NCBI GenBank assembly: GCA_963747735.1
Contig: CAVVGE010000009.1
Location: forward strand, 6,257 to 70,256
Source: an uncultured Alphaproteobacteria bacterium
GTDB lineage: Bacteria > Pseudomonadota > Alphaproteobacteria > ATCC43930 > CGMCC-115725
Direction: 5' to 3'
Length of the DNA stretch: 64,000 nucleotides
Positions 1 to 10,315 of the stretch are shown piece by piece (the first letter of the stretch is position 1; the number at the start of each line of letters is the position of its first letter). The position numbers were made by a program, and so were the translations under genes. The notes under the pieces are model-generated. The model saw only the letters and a program-made list of their open reading frames with translations. It made no database searches and was not told where the DNA came from.

Positions 1-2
1 TG

Positions 3-266
3 GAGAGGTCAATCGAGCAGGCCGCCAGCAGTATCACCTTCACGCGCTCGCCCAACGGCCGTTTCAGCGATTGGCACAATGCACCGCGCCGCCAGTACGC
101 CATTTTCCTCTCCGGAGGCCAGATGGAGGTCGTGATCGGCGATGGGACCACCCGGCGGTTCGGCCCTGGAGACGCCGTCCTGTTCGAGGACCTCACGGGA
201 CAAGGTCACACCAGCCGGAGTGTCGGTGGGGACCGCCTGACCGCCATCGTGCCCTTAGCGGATTAA
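3..266 (+). CDS. cupin-domain protein, C-terminal part (5' end lies outside the window)
   Basis: The frame is open from the window edge to TAA at 264-266. The translation ...FSDWHNAPRRQYAIFLSGGQMEVVIGDGTTRRFGPGDAVLFEDLTGQGHTSRSVG is a clear paralog of the ORF at 6346-6681. Confidence 0.6.
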   Translation, partial: ERSIEQAASSITFTRSPNGRFSDWHNAPRRQYAIFLSGGQMEVVIGDGTTRRFGPGDAVLFEDLTGQGHTSRSVGGDRLTAIVPLAD

Positions 267-301
267 GCTCCTCCCGCAGGTCGTGTCCCCGATGGCGGCG
301 G

Positions 302-432
302 ATGATAAGCATCAAGGGCTATGTGGTCCGCCCGGCGAACACCGCGAGGCTCCGGGCGGTGCTGGTCATCCACGAGAACCGCGGGCTAACCCCTACATCG
401 AGGATGTTGCGCGGCGGCTGGCGGCGGCGGTC
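302..432 (+). pseudogene. dienelactone-hydrolase-family gene remnant (short and frameshifted)
   Basis: IKGYVVRPANTARLRAVLVIHENRGL in one frame continues as NPYIEDVARRLAAA in the next frame. Only about 40 codons of the family remain. Confidence 0.4.
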
Positions 433-745
433 CGTTGCACGCCGTCGAAATCGCTCGCGAACTGGGAATTCCGACCGTGCTGGCCTGCTAGGCGGCGACC
501 CCGGCGCGATCAACGAGATTGCCGTCAGCCAGGACGGCACCGTCACGTCTCCCGCGCATCTCTCGAAGGGCGAAGATTACGTTCTGACCCCTGGGGATTG
601 GATCGCCGTCAAGACGCCGGGCGGCGGCGGTTACGGGCCCGCGGCGGAGCGTGACCCCGCGATGGTGCAACGCGACATTGCCCGCGGCTATTATACTGCC
701 GACGAAGCTGTCAGCCTGTTCACCCGTCCCGCCGCCGCGGAATAA
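433..745 (+). pseudogene. hydantoinase/oxoprolinase-family remnants (a HyuA-like piece, then a HyuB-like C-terminus)
   Basis: AVEIARELGIPTVL is followed by a stop. Then ...WIAVKTPGGGGYGPAAERDPAMVQRDIARGYYTADEAVSLF runs to TAA at 743-745. That is a typical hydantoinase B/oxoprolinase C-terminal end, but the upstream several hundred codons are missing. Confidence 0.45.
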
Positions 746-776
746 CCCCTTTTGGCCGAGAGCTGGATACGCGCGG

Positions 777-2474
777 ATGATCGAGGTTCCCGTTCTGATT
801 GTCGGCGGCGGCCCGGTTGGGCTCACCGCCTCGATCCTGCTGTCGCAGCAGGGGATCCGCTCGCTGCTGGTCGAGCGCCACCCTGGCACGGCGATCGTGC
901 CAAAAGCGCGCGGCATCAATGCGCGGACGATGGAGATGTATCGCCAGATCGGCATGGAGCAGGCGATCCGCGATGCCGGCCTCGCCCCGGAAGGCACCGG
1001 CCTGATTGTGTGGACCGAAAGCCTCGCCGGCCGCGAGATCGAACGCCGAGTGCCGGGCCGGCTGAACCCGGCCAATCGCGATGTCTCGCCGGTGCTGAAC
1101 TGCCTCTGCGCCCAGGACGATCTGGAACCGGTATTGCGCCGCTTTGCCGAAGCGCAAGCCACGGCCGAGCTGCGCTTCAACACCGAGGTGACCGCGGTTG
1201 ACCAGGACGCGGGCGGCGTCAGCGCGACCCTCACCGATCGGCTGCGTGGCGGCGAGACGACGGTGCGGGCGCAATACCTGATCGGCGCCGACGGGGCGCA
1301 GAGCATCGTCAGGCGCAGCGTTGCGCGCGAGATGATCGGTCGCGAAGGCGTCTACGACAGCGTCAATATCGCGTTCCGGGCAGATCTGCGGCCATGGACG
1401 CAGGGCCGACCGGCGGCCCTCTATTTTGTCGAGCAACCCGATCTGCGCGCGACCTTTCTGACGATCAACGCGCATGACCGCTGGGGCTTCCTGATCCACA
1501 GCCTGAAGCAGTATGGCTACACCGCCTCAGACTTCACTGAAGCGCGTTGCGTCGCATTGATCCGGCAGGGTGTCGGCAAAGCCGACCTGCCGGTCGAAAT
1601 CCGCGGTCTCAGCGTCTGGGAAGCCGCTGCCATCGTCGCCGACCGTTACCGCAACGGGCGGCTTTTCCTGGCCGGGGATGCGGCGCACGAGATGCCGCCG
1701 ACCGGCGGCTTCGGCCTCAACACCGGCGTGCAGGACGTGCACAACCTAGCGTGGAAGCTCGCCGCCGTGTTGCAGGGCCGGGCGGGCGAGGCGTTGCTCG
1801 ACACATACGAGGCGGAGCGGCTGCCTGTCGCCACGATCACGACGAAGGCGAGCCTGGAAAACAGCCTGTCGATGGGCCGCACGGCGCGGCAAGACGGCGC
1901 CAAGCTGCCGCGCTCCGAATTCCTCAACGAGCAGGGGCTGATCTTCGGCCAATCGTATCAGTCGACCGCCATCGTCCCCGACGGCACGCCGCCGCCGGCG
2001 GTCAGCGACCCGGTGACGCAGTACCTGCCGTCGGCGCGGCCGGGCAGCCGGGCGCCGCACGTGCGGCTCGAACGCCGCGGCGAGCGCCTGTCGACCATCG
2101 ACCTGTTCGGCGGCCGGTTCGTCCTGCTGACCGGGGCGCAAGGCGCTGGCTGGATCGACGCCGCGGCGCGGCTCGTGTCGAAAGCGCGACCGGCGCTGGT
2201 TGCGCACATGGTGGGCGGCGGCGGGGAACTCGCCGACCCCGAAGGGGCATGGCCGACCCTCTACGCCGTTGCGCCCGAGGGTGCGGTGCTTGTCCGCCCC
2301 GACGGGTATGTCGGCTGGCGCAGCCGGGCTGGTATCGACATCCCCGCTCGCGCGCTGTCGCAGGTGCTCGACAGCATCCTCGGTCTTCCCGTTCGCGGAG
2401 AACCCCAAGCGCTTCGCCGAGTACCTGCTGCCGATCCTGGCCGAGCTGAATGGCTGACCCGCGATCAATGCTGA
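777..2474 (+). CDS. FAD-dependent aromatic-ring monooxygenase/hydroxylase
   Basis: The internal ATG gives MIEVPVLIVGGGPVGLTASILLSQQGIRSLLVERH (a Rossmann GxGxxG motif). The later GDAAHEMPPTGGFGLNTGVQDVHNLAWKL motif is typical of this family. The long ORF 651-2474 was trimmed to this start. Confidence 0.85.
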   Translation: MIEVPVLIVGGGPVGLTASILLSQQGIRSLLVERHPGTAIVPKARGINARTMEMYRQIGMEQAIRDAGLAPEGTGLIVWTESLAGREIERRVPGRLNPANRDVSPVLNCLCAQDDLEPVLRRFAEAQATAELRFNTEVTAVDQDAGGVSATLTDRLRGGETTVRAQYLIGADGAQSIVRRSVAREMIGREGVYDSVNIAFRADLRPWTQGRPAALYFVEQPDLRATFLTINAHDRWGFLIHSLKQYGYTASDFTEARCVALIRQGVGKADLPVEIRGLSVWEAAAIVADRYRNGRLFLAGDAAHEMPPTGGFGLNTGVQDVHNLAWKLAAVLQGRAGEALLDTYEAERLPVATITTKASLENSLSMGRTARQDGAKLPRSEFLNEQGLIFGQSYQSTAIVPDGTPPPAVSDPVTQYLPSARPGSRAPHVRLERRGERLSTIDLFGGRFVLLTGAQGAGWIDAAARLVSKARPALVAHMVGGGGELADPEGAWPTLYAVAPEGAVLVRPDGYVGWRSRAGIDIPARALSQVLDSILGLPVRGEPQALRRVPAADPGRAEWLTRDQC

Positions 2475-2490
2475 GGAAGAGAGGCCTGCG

Positions 2491-3282
2491 ATGCCAAACG
2501 ATCCCTTTGTCGATGTCGGCAGCCTGAGTTCGCTCGGTGCGCTGCGGTATCTCGATGTGCGGGATCAAGCGGCGTTTGATACCGCTCATGCTCCCGGCGC
2601 GGTGCGTGTGCCTCTCGACGAATGGGATGCCGCCGCCAAGGCCGCCGATGCCGGTTTCGCCAAGACTGCCTACTGGGACACCGCGTTGCGCGCGCTCGGG
2701 GTCGGCCCGGCGGTGACCGCCGTCGCCTATGACAGCGGCGGCATGACAAATGCCGCGCGGGTCTGGTTCATCCTGCAGTATTACGGTCTGTACGCCGTCA
2801 TCCTGAATGGCGGCTGGCCCGCGCTTGCATCGGCGACCGGGCTGCCGCCGGCAGCCGCGCCATCCGCGGGCGGCTTCAAGGCGGTGCCGGGGTCAGGGCC
2901 GGTCGGGCTGGTCGACCGCGAGACGTTGCGGGACCAGCTCGACGGTCGCGCGCAGGTGTTCGATACGCGCACGCGCGCCGAGTTCACCGGCGAGGACGCG
3001 CGCAATCGTGCCCGCAGCGGCCATCTGCCGGGGGCGCGCCACCTGTCGCATGTGGACCTGCTGGAGAACGGCGTGGTTCGGCCGGCGCCGGCGCTGCGCG
3101 CGATGCTGGAGCGGGCCGGGTTTGGCCCGGGCGATCATATCGTGACCCATTGCGAGGGCGGCGGCAGGGCCGCGTTGGGCGCCGCGGCCGCGGTGCGCGC
3201 CGGATTTGACGACGTGCGGGTCTACTATCTGAGCTTCGGCGATTGGGTCCGCGACGAGAGCTGCCCGGTCGTCCGGGATTGA
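2491..3282 (+). CDS. rhodanese-domain sulfurtransferase (two rhodanese domains)
   Basis: 263-aa ORF with an active-site loop HCEGGGRAALGA (CxxGxR) near the C-terminus and an N-terminal inactive rhodanese-like half. Confidence 0.8.
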   Translation: MPNDPFVDVGSLSSLGALRYLDVRDQAAFDTAHAPGAVRVPLDEWDAAAKAADAGFAKTAYWDTALRALGVGPAVTAVAYDSGGMTNAARVWFILQYYGLYAVILNGGWPALASATGLPPAAAPSAGGFKAVPGSGPVGLVDRETLRDQLDGRAQVFDTRTRAEFTGEDARNRARSGHLPGARHLSHVDLLENGVVRPAPALRAMLERAGFGPGDHIVTHCEGGGRAALGAAAAVRAGFDDVRVYYLSFGDWVRDESCPVVRD

Positions 3283-3289
3283 CGAGCGG

Positions 3290-3571
3290 GTGTTCGACGA
3301 GCTCGGGTACCGCCGCTATGAATGGCGCTGCGATTCGCTGAACCTGCCGTCGCGCGCCGCCGCTCTCCGGCTCGGCTTTCAGCATGAGGGCCTCTTCCGC
3401 CCGCAGATGATCACCCGCGGGCGCAACCGCGACACCGCATGGTTTTCGGTCATCGACCGCGACTGGCCGGCTCTGCGCGCCGCCTTCGAGCGCTGGCTCG
3501 ACCCGGGTAATTTCGCGGCCGACGGCAGCCACCGCCGGCGCCTGGCGGATCTCCGATACGCCGCCGGATGA
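3290..3571 (+). pseudogene. GNAT (RimJ/RimL-type) N-acetyltransferase, C-terminal fragment only
   Basis: FDELGYRRYEWRCDSLNLPSRAAALRLGFQHEGLFRPQMITRGRNRDTAWFSVIDRDWP matches the last third of GNAT proteins. The ORF begins with a non-ATG codon directly after the rhodanese stop, and the N-terminal two thirds are absent. Confidence 0.55.
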
Positions 3572-4821
3572 GCGGCAGACCGGCACCGTCGCTGGCGCTG
3601 CTGTCGGCGATTACGGCGCTCGCGTTCTGCGGGTTGCATATGGTCGTGCCGACGTTGCCGCTGCTCGTCGCGGTATTCTCCGACACGTCGGCGCATGTGC
3701 AGCTGGTCGTGAGCCTCTATCTCGCCGGGATTGGCGTGGGGCAGCTTGTCTACGGTCCAGTATCGGACCGTTTCGGGCGGCGTCCGGTGCTGCTCGCCGG
3801 CCTCGTGGCGTTTCTCGTCGGGACAGCGCTTTGCGGCGCCGCATGGTCGTTGCCGGCCTTGATCGCGGGACGCGTGCTGCAGGCGCTCGGCGCCTGCGCC
3901 GGCATCGTGCTGAGCCGCGCGATGATCCGGGACGTCTATGAGCGCGAGGCGGCGGCGCGCGGCTTGGCGCTGGTCATGATGGCAATGACGCTGGCCCCGG
4001 CAATCTCGCCGGCAATCGGCGCCTACCTCGCCGAATGGTTTGGCTGGCGAGCGGTCTTTGCGCTGCTCGGCGGGCTGGGCGGCGCTGTTCTTGTTGCGAC
4101 CGTCATCCGGCTCGGCGAGACCAACCGGCAGCGGGCCCGGCTCGATGTCGCCGGCATGGCGGGGGCCAACCTCGCGCTGCTGCGCTCGCCCGCCTTTGTC
4201 GGCTTTGCGGTGTGCGGCGCCTGCACCAGCGCCTCGTGGTTTACGTTCATCGCCAGCGCGCCGCGCATCCTGGCGGAGGCGCTGCACCAGCCGCCGAGCA
4301 CCTACGGGCTGATGATCCTGCTGCCGATGGCGACCTACATGCTCGGCAATGCCGTGGCGGCACGGTTTGTGCCGCGCTTCGGGAGCTTGCAGCTGCTGCT
4401 TGCCGGCCGGGCGCTCGCCTGTGCCGCCGCGCTCGCGATGGCGCTGTGGGCAGGTACGGCGCCGCTCAGCGTCTGGCTCTTGTTCGTGCCGATCGGGCTG
4501 GCCGAAATCGGCGACGGCATGAGCGGGCCCGCCGTCATGGCGGCGGCGCTCAGCATCCACCCGCGGCTGGCCGGCACCGCGTCGGGGCTGATGGGCTTTC
4601 TGCAGATGGCCGCCGCCGCTCTCGGCAGCTTCTTCGTCGCCTTGCTGCCGTACCGGAACGCGTTCGGCATGATCGCGCTGTACGGTGGCTTTGTCGCGTT
4701 CGGACTGGCGGCCGGAGTTTTTGCCGTTCGGTGTACACAGCCGTCGGCGGCGGCCGCTGCGGAGGAGCGGGCGGTCCTGCCGGGCACGCCCGCGGCCGCC
4801 CCGGTCATCGACCGAACTTGA
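3568..4821 (+). CDS. MFS transporter, Bcr/CflA-type drug-efflux family
   Basis: 417 aa and multi-spanning. The N-terminal signature is LVVSLYLAGIGVGQLVYGPVSDRFGRRPVLLAGL. Confidence 0.85.
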   Translation: MSGRPAPSLALLSAITALAFCGLHMVVPTLPLLVAVFSDTSAHVQLVVSLYLAGIGVGQLVYGPVSDRFGRRPVLLAGLVAFLVGTALCGAAWSLPALIAGRVLQALGACAGIVLSRAMIRDVYEREAAARGLALVMMAMTLAPAISPAIGAYLAEWFGWRAVFALLGGLGGAVLVATVIRLGETNRQRARLDVAGMAGANLALLRSPAFVGFAVCGACTSASWFTFIASAPRILAEALHQPPSTYGLMILLPMATYMLGNAVAARFVPRFGSLQLLLAGRALACAAALAMALWAGTAPLSVWLLFVPIGLAEIGDGMSGPAVMAAALSIHPRLAGTASGLMGFLQMAAAALGSFFVALLPYRNAFGMIALYGGFVAFGLAAGVFAVRCTQPSAAAAAEERAVLPGTPAAAPVIDRT

Positions 4822-5310
4822 CGGGAGGAACCCCAAACGCATTTCGGCTCGCCTAGCCCCTATCGCCACGCTTGGACCGCCCTTGACGCGCCGCGCTCTG
4901 TGCAGCGCGACCGCTGCGACCGGGTCGGCGAGCGGCTGCGCGATCCGGTTCAGCCGCGGGATCAGCAGCACCGCAACGGCGACAAGCCCGAGCGCGAGCC
5001 CCCACCACAGCTCGACCGGGTCGAAGCCGAGCGGGAACGCCGGGAGACAGCCGCCGGCGAAACCCACGCCCCAATAGCCGACCGTCGCGAACGGAGGCGA
5101 GCGATCGCGGCGATCGCGCGGCTGGATCGACGATGGCGCGCTGGCGTAGCCGGACCCGGTCACGCTGAACGCCGCCCGGGCTTATAGAACCTTTTGGCAG
5201 GGAGGTTACGACTACGCCACAACAGGGAGCACGCGTATCCACGCGGACTTGTCGCCAAGCAGTTATAGCCTTACCGTTTTGCTGGCCACAAACGGACGCG
5301 GCTGCCATCC

Positions 5311-6264
5311 ATGAGCACAATCGAACTTGTCGACCCCGAATTGCGCGATGCGCTCGCGCTGTGGCCACCGCTGCCGCTGACCGCCGAAACTTTGATGCAG
5401 CGCCGCGCCGCTGCGCTCGAGCTGATCGGCGCCGTGCCGAAACCGAACCTGCCCGACATCGCCACCGACGAGATCCATGTCGAGAGTGCGTTTGGCGCAA
5501 AGCTTATCCGGGCTCTGACCTATCGCCCGGTCACCTCCGACGACCCACTGCCCGTCATCGTACACATCCATGGCGGCGGCTTTGTGATGGGCGCGCCGGA
5601 AATGAAGGACGTGGAGAATAGGCTCTTCGCGTCAGAGTTGAGATGCGCGATCTATTCCGTCGATCATCGCCTCGCGCCGGAATCGCCGCACCCGGCCCCA
5701 CTGGAGGACATCTACTCGGTCTTCGCTTGGCTGCACGCGAATGCTGGCCAACTCGGGCTCGATCCCGCCCGCATCGGTATCAAGGGCGAAAGCGGCGGCG
5801 GTGGTTTCGCGGCGTCCGCCGCACTTTACGCCCGCGACCGGCAGGGACCAAAATTCGCCTTTCAGCATCTGATCTATCCGATGATCGACGACCGCACGGC
5901 GGTGCGCAAGGACCTGCATCCTTACGTCGGCGAGCTCGTCTGGACGCAAGAGAACAACTATTTCGGCTGGCGTTCGTTGCTCGGCCAAGAGCCGGGCTCG
6001 GTCAACATCTCGCCTTATGCGGCGGCTGCACGAGCAGCCGATATGTCGGGCTTGCCTCCAACCTACATTTCGGTCGGTGGTCTTGATCTCTTCCTCGAAG
6101 AAAACATGATCTATGCGGATCGATTAAGCCGCGCCGGGGTGCCGGTCGAGCTCCACATGTATCCGCGGGCGTATCACGGTTTCTATCGGGCAACGAACGC
6201 CCGCGTGACCAAGCAGGCCGAACACGACAATCGCGAGGCGTTGCGACGCTTCCTGCACGGATAG
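5311..6264 (+). CDS. alpha/beta hydrolase (HSL-type esterase/lipase)
   Basis: HGGGF oxyanion motif (VHIHGGGFVMG) and nucleophile elbow GESGGG. 317 aa. Confidence 0.85.
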   Translation: MSTIELVDPELRDALALWPPLPLTAETLMQRRAAALELIGAVPKPNLPDIATDEIHVESAFGAKLIRALTYRPVTSDDPLPVIVHIHGGGFVMGAPEMKDVENRLFASELRCAIYSVDHRLAPESPHPAPLEDIYSVFAWLHANAGQLGLDPARIGIKGESGGGGFAASAALYARDRQGPKFAFQHLIYPMIDDRTAVRKDLHPYVGELVWTQENNYFGWRSLLGQEPGSVNISPYAAAARAADMSGLPPTYISVGGLDLFLEENMIYADRLSRAGVPVELHMYPRAYHGFYRATNARVTKQAEHDNREALRRFLHG

Positions 6265-6345
6265 GGCCCTGCAGGGATGCCCCGCGGTTTCGTCGTCGGC
6301 GATGACGCGGAGCACGATGATCTCTCTGTGGGAAGGAGCACGCGC

Positions 6346-6681
6346 ATGATCGTACGGATCTATACGGGCCACGACGGCCAGACCCATTTTGAGGATCTCC
6401 CTCTGCCGGCCGGGGAGAGCCACAACGTTGCGCTGCAGGCGGGCGCCAACCTCGTGTTCCGCTGTTTCCCGGCGGACTATTGGAGCGATTGGCACACGGC
6501 GCCACGGCGGCAATACATTTTTATTCTCGCGGGGCCGATGGAAATCGGGATTGGCGACGGCACCACGCGCCGCTTTGGACCGGGCGATGTAGTCCTCGCT
6601 GACGACCTCACGGGCCAAGGCCACACAACGCGCTCATTGGGAGCTCCGCGGATCAGTGCCACGGTGCCGGTGGGGATCTAA
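6346..6681 (+). CDS. cupin-domain protein
   Basis: An internal ATG is preceded by GGAAGGAG. MIVRIYTGHDGQTHFEDL...DWHTAPRRQYIFILAGPMEIGIGDGTTRRFGPGDVVLADDLTGQGHTT. Paralogous to 3-266 and 44104-44553. Confidence 0.7.
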   Translation: MIVRIYTGHDGQTHFEDLPLPAGESHNVALQAGANLVFRCFPADYWSDWHTAPRRQYIFILAGPMEIGIGDGTTRRFGPGDVVLADDLTGQGHTTRSLGAPRISATVPVGI

Positions 6682-6755
6682 CGCGGGTCCTGCCCCCATC
6701 CGCGTATGAGGACGCCTATGTCACTTTGGCCACCGTGTTGTTCACGAGCAGGAGA

Positions 6756-7589
6756 ATGCCCATGCCGGTCATCGACGTTCAGGTTCATCCCTTCGATCGA
6801 AATCATCCCGGCCGGCCGTGGGCCAGTCCCTCGCACGGGCTCGACTCCGCCACCGGCGACGAGATGGTCGCGGCGATGCACAGTGTCGGCGTCGACGGTG
6901 CGATCATGGTCTCGTCGTTCAGCGCCTATGAATACGATCCGAGCTACGCGCTCGAAGTTTACAACACCTATCCCGATAAGTTTCGGGTTGTGACGCCGGT
7001 CGACGCGACCAATCCAGCGATTGACGATGTGGTGGCGAAATGGGCGGCGACGCCAGGCGCGCGCGGCATTCGCATACGAATGCGCGACGGCCTGCCGATG
7101 GACGCGGACCACCCCGGTTTGAACCGCGCTTTCGCTGCCGCCGCCAAACATGGTTTGCCGGTCAATTTGCTGTGCTGGGGCATCCTGGACAAAGGGCTGC
7201 CGCACATCCAGCGACACCCAGATACGGTCATCGTTATCGACCATCTCGGCCTGCTGCAACCGGCACGCCCGCCGGTCCCGGCCGACGTCTGGGCCGATCT
7301 TCCCAAGCTTCTCGCCTGGGCTCAATACGAGAACGTAAGGGTGAAGATCAGCGGCGCCTGCACGATGTCGCATCAACCGTTCCCATACGACGATATCTGG
7401 GAGCCGGTACTAAGGGTCATCGATGCGTTCGGGCTGGATCGTTGCATTTGGGGCACCGACTGGACGCGGACGATCGGCATGCTGACCTACGAGCAGGGTG
7501 TGACGCCGTTCCGCGACACCAAACGCCTATCCGAGAGCGACAAGGCGGCGCTGATGGGAGGAACCTTGCAGAAAGTCTACAAATGGTAG
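6756..7589 (+). CDS. amidohydrolase-2 family metal-dependent hydrolase (TIM barrel)
   Basis: MPMPVIDVQVHPF start is typical of the family. 277 aa with an AGGAG-like RBS upstream. Confidence 0.75.
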   Translation: MPMPVIDVQVHPFDRNHPGRPWASPSHGLDSATGDEMVAAMHSVGVDGAIMVSSFSAYEYDPSYALEVYNTYPDKFRVVTPVDATNPAIDDVVAKWAATPGARGIRIRMRDGLPMDADHPGLNRAFAAAAKHGLPVNLLCWGILDKGLPHIQRHPDTVIVIDHLGLLQPARPPVPADVWADLPKLLAWAQYENVRVKISGACTMSHQPFPYDDIWEPVLRVIDAFGLDRCIWGTDWTRTIGMLTYEQGVTPFRDTKRLSESDKAALMGGTLQKVYKW

Positions 7590-7806
7590 CGCGACCATGC
7601 CAATCTGACTGATAACTCAGGAACCAGGCACGCGCTGCTCGTCGTTGATCCCACCAGCATATCGGCGGCCCGACCCTGCACGACAATTTCCTCGCTAGCG
7701 TTGCGTCCCGCAGGATACTGCGACCCGCACGAGGGAAACAGGTCCGGTCTTGCCTTCAGCCGCCGGTGCAGGCGGAATGCGGCCGGAAAACGTCGAGACC
7801 GGGAAC

Positions 7807-8574
7807 GCATGATGACCACAGACAGGCAACCTTTGCGCAGCTTTCTGTTTGCGCCGGGCAACCACCTTTGGCAGGATGACGCCGTCGAGCCCGGGCCGGA
7901 CGACCGCCATGAGGTCGGCATAGCAGAAATCGGTATCGGCGGCGTTGACGCGAACATAGAGCCAGCCGCGACGCGGCCGCCCCAGAGCCGCGGCCACCGA
8001 CTGGCGCGCCGCCGGCTTCTCGGCGACAGCAACGGCGTCTTCGAGATCGAGATGGCGGCATCGGCATCGATCGGCCGTACCGCCGCGCAAGGCACTTCCC
8101 GCCGCTTCGGCGCCGGCAAAGGCAGCCGCCACCCGCTCGGCAGAGGCGATCTCCGCATCGGTCGGGGAAAACACCCGGTTCACAACCGCGATCTGGTCCG
8201 GATGGATGCACATCTGCCCTGAAACCGAGGCCGAGCGCCGTCTGCGCCGAGGCTTCCAATCCCTCGCGGTCGGCCAGATCGACCCAGACCGTATCGAGCG
8301 GCGCCTCCAGCTCCGCCGCGCGCGACGCGGTAACGATCGCCGCGCGGGCATGCGCCAGTTCGGTCTCGCCGCGGCTCCAGATCATGTTGACGTCGAGGGT
8401 GAAATCGCCGGCGCCAAACGCGACCCGCCGCACCCGGCTCGCGGCTGCCAGGATTGCGGGAAGCCGGTCGAGCCCCCGCGCCGTCTCGATGATCGGGATC
8501 AGGTCCACAGCGCCTTGCGGCAAGCCGCGCTCGCGCTCCAGCTGAGTGAGCAGCCACTCGACCGTCGCGAGCAT
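7807..8574 (-). pseudogene. HpcH/HpaI aldolase / citrate-lyase-beta (CitE)-like gene, scrambled and frameshifted
   Basis: Minus strand, in order: the middle of the domain (IPIIETARG...FGAGDF), a frameshift, the C-terminal GQMCIHPDQIAVVNRVFSPTDAEI, then an N-terminal-type segment (LDLEDAVAVAEKPAARQ...VRVNAADTDF...GVILPKV). On the plus strand at about 7807-7865 is the extreme N-terminus MTTDRQPLRSFLFAPGNH. Confidence 0.5.
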
Positions 8575-8622
8575 GGCCGGACTTTCGGCATCGTTCGGTG
8601 AGGTGGCGGCTCGCTCGGTTTC

Positions 8623-9731
8623 TCACGCGGGCATGCGCAACACCGGCTTGATTGCGGTGCCGGCGACTGCGTCGGCGGCAGCCTGGTTGATGTCGGCGAA
8701 GTCGTAGTGGCGTATCAGCCGGTCGATCGGGAAGCGGCCCGCGAGGTAAAGCTCGACGAGCCTGGGGATGAACTCGCGCGGTCGGCTGTCGCCCTGGACG
8801 ACACCGCGGACGGTGCGCCCGCCCTGCAGAACCGGCATCTCAAAAGCGACTTCGGTCCCGGCTCGGGCGCTGCCGACGAGGACGCAGGTACCAAGCGGCC
8901 GCAGGCTGTCGGCAGCAATGCGGAATACCGCCGGCACCGCCGAGGTCTCGAGCACGAAATGCACGCCGCTGCCGGTCAATCGGCGGATTTCGGCCAGGGT
9001 TTCGGCGCCCCTGCTCTCAAGGGTGTGGGTGGCGCCGAGCTCGCGGGCGAGCAGCAGCCGGTTCGGATGCAGGTCGACCGCGATGATCGGGTCGCAGCCG
9101 GCGATCCTCCCGCCATCAGACCCGACAGTCCGACGCCGCCCACGCCGAACACGGCAAACGATTGCCCGGCCCTGGGTGCCATGACTTTCAACCCCGCCCA
9201 CGCCCCGGTCTGGATGCCGCAGCCGAGCGGGCCCAACAGGTCGAGCGGCGTACCGGTGGGCAGCTTGACGGCATTCCTGGCCGGCGCCACGGCATGGGTC
9301 GTGAACGAGGATTGCTGAAAAAAAACAGGAGTAGACCGGCGCGCCGTTGCGGCTGATCGGCGTCGAGCCGTCGGCGCGCCTGCCGGTCGATTTGAGGGCA
9401 CGGCCGTTGCTGCAATAGGCCGGCTTGTCGAGCCGGCAGGGCTCGCAGGCACCACATGAGGGGAACGAGATCGCGACCTGGTCGCCCGGCGCCAGATCGG
9501 TGACTTCGGCGCCGACCGCCTCGACGATGCCCGCCCCTCGTGGCCGCACACGATCGGGTAGGGCAGCATCGGGAAATAGCCGTCGCGTGCATGCAAATCG
9601 GTCTGGCACATGCCGGTCGCGACGATCCGCACCAGCACCTCATCGGCGCAGGGCGGCGCCAGGTCGAGCGTCTGCAATTCAAAGGGTGCGGCACGTGCGG
9701 GCACGACGGCTGCGGTGATCTTCATGGACAT
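8623..9731 (-). pseudogene. zinc-dependent alcohol dehydrogenase (MDR family), at least 3 frameshifts
   Basis: MKITAAVV...GMCQTDLHARDGYFPMLPYPIVCGHEG, GAGIVEAVGAEVTDLAPGDQVAISFPSCGACEPC, SFTTHAVAPARNAVKLP...FGVGGVGLSG and IIAVDLHPNRLLLARELGATH alternate between two frames. One switch coincides with the A8/T8 run at about 9318-9325. Confidence 0.7.
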
Positions 9732-9818
9732 GGCTCGCTGCTGTTGCGACGCGATCAACGGGCATTACAGCCCACAGCGGGTAATGGCAAAGCACCGGAC
9801 GATGACGCCTTCCTTGCG

Positions 9819-10103
9819 TTAGGCTGGCTCGCAGCCGGCCTGTCGATGCAGTTGGGGCGCCCCCTGGCCGGTGACGAACGGGTGCACCGCGATAGCCATG
9901 GCGCGGGGAATTGTCTCACCCTCACGGTAGAGCTTGTCGAACTGGCGCCGCAGCCACCGGTGGGATGCCGATCTCGACACCGAGCGATGGGCGCTCGAAG
10001 AGGAGCAGGCCTGCGCGCACGGCAATGCGAATGTCCTGACGCGCAACCACAGCACGTCGCGGCTGAGCCAAGGTCCGAGCGGCAACGGCGTTCGTCGCCG
10101 TGG
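9819..10103 (-). pseudogene. possible polysaccharide-deacetylase/PuuE-like C-terminal remnant
   Basis: Only WLRRQFDKLYREGETIPRAMAIAVHPFVTGQGAPQL resembles the family. Upstream frames are broken. Weak call. Confidence 0.25.
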
Positions 10104-10315
10104 AGACATGCAAAAGCCCGCCGCCGCCCGTCGGGGCGTTCGCACCGGTGCCGCTGCGGGCGGGCGCGGGCCAGCGAGCACATTCCATCGCACGCTTTCT
10201 GCAGCCGGCACGCCGATGCGACAACCGGTTGATCGAACTTAGTTAGCCCTTATAGAACTGCTCCTTGTTCTCAAACATGTTTTGTGATTAAATTGGGTCG
10301 TAGATCCCGCATGGC

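Noticed and set aside
4822-5163. A possible small membrane protein on the minus strand in the gap after the MFS gene (the N-terminus of ORF 3379-5163).
   Set aside because: The frame has no stop until 3379, so it would overlap the MFS gene by about 1.4 kb. I found no RBS or family signature.
9316-9326. The A8/T8 homopolymer in the alcohol dehydrogenase gene as a phase-variation switch.
   Set aside because: The gene has at least two further frameshifts elsewhere, so it is a decayed pseudogene rather than a reversible contingency locus.
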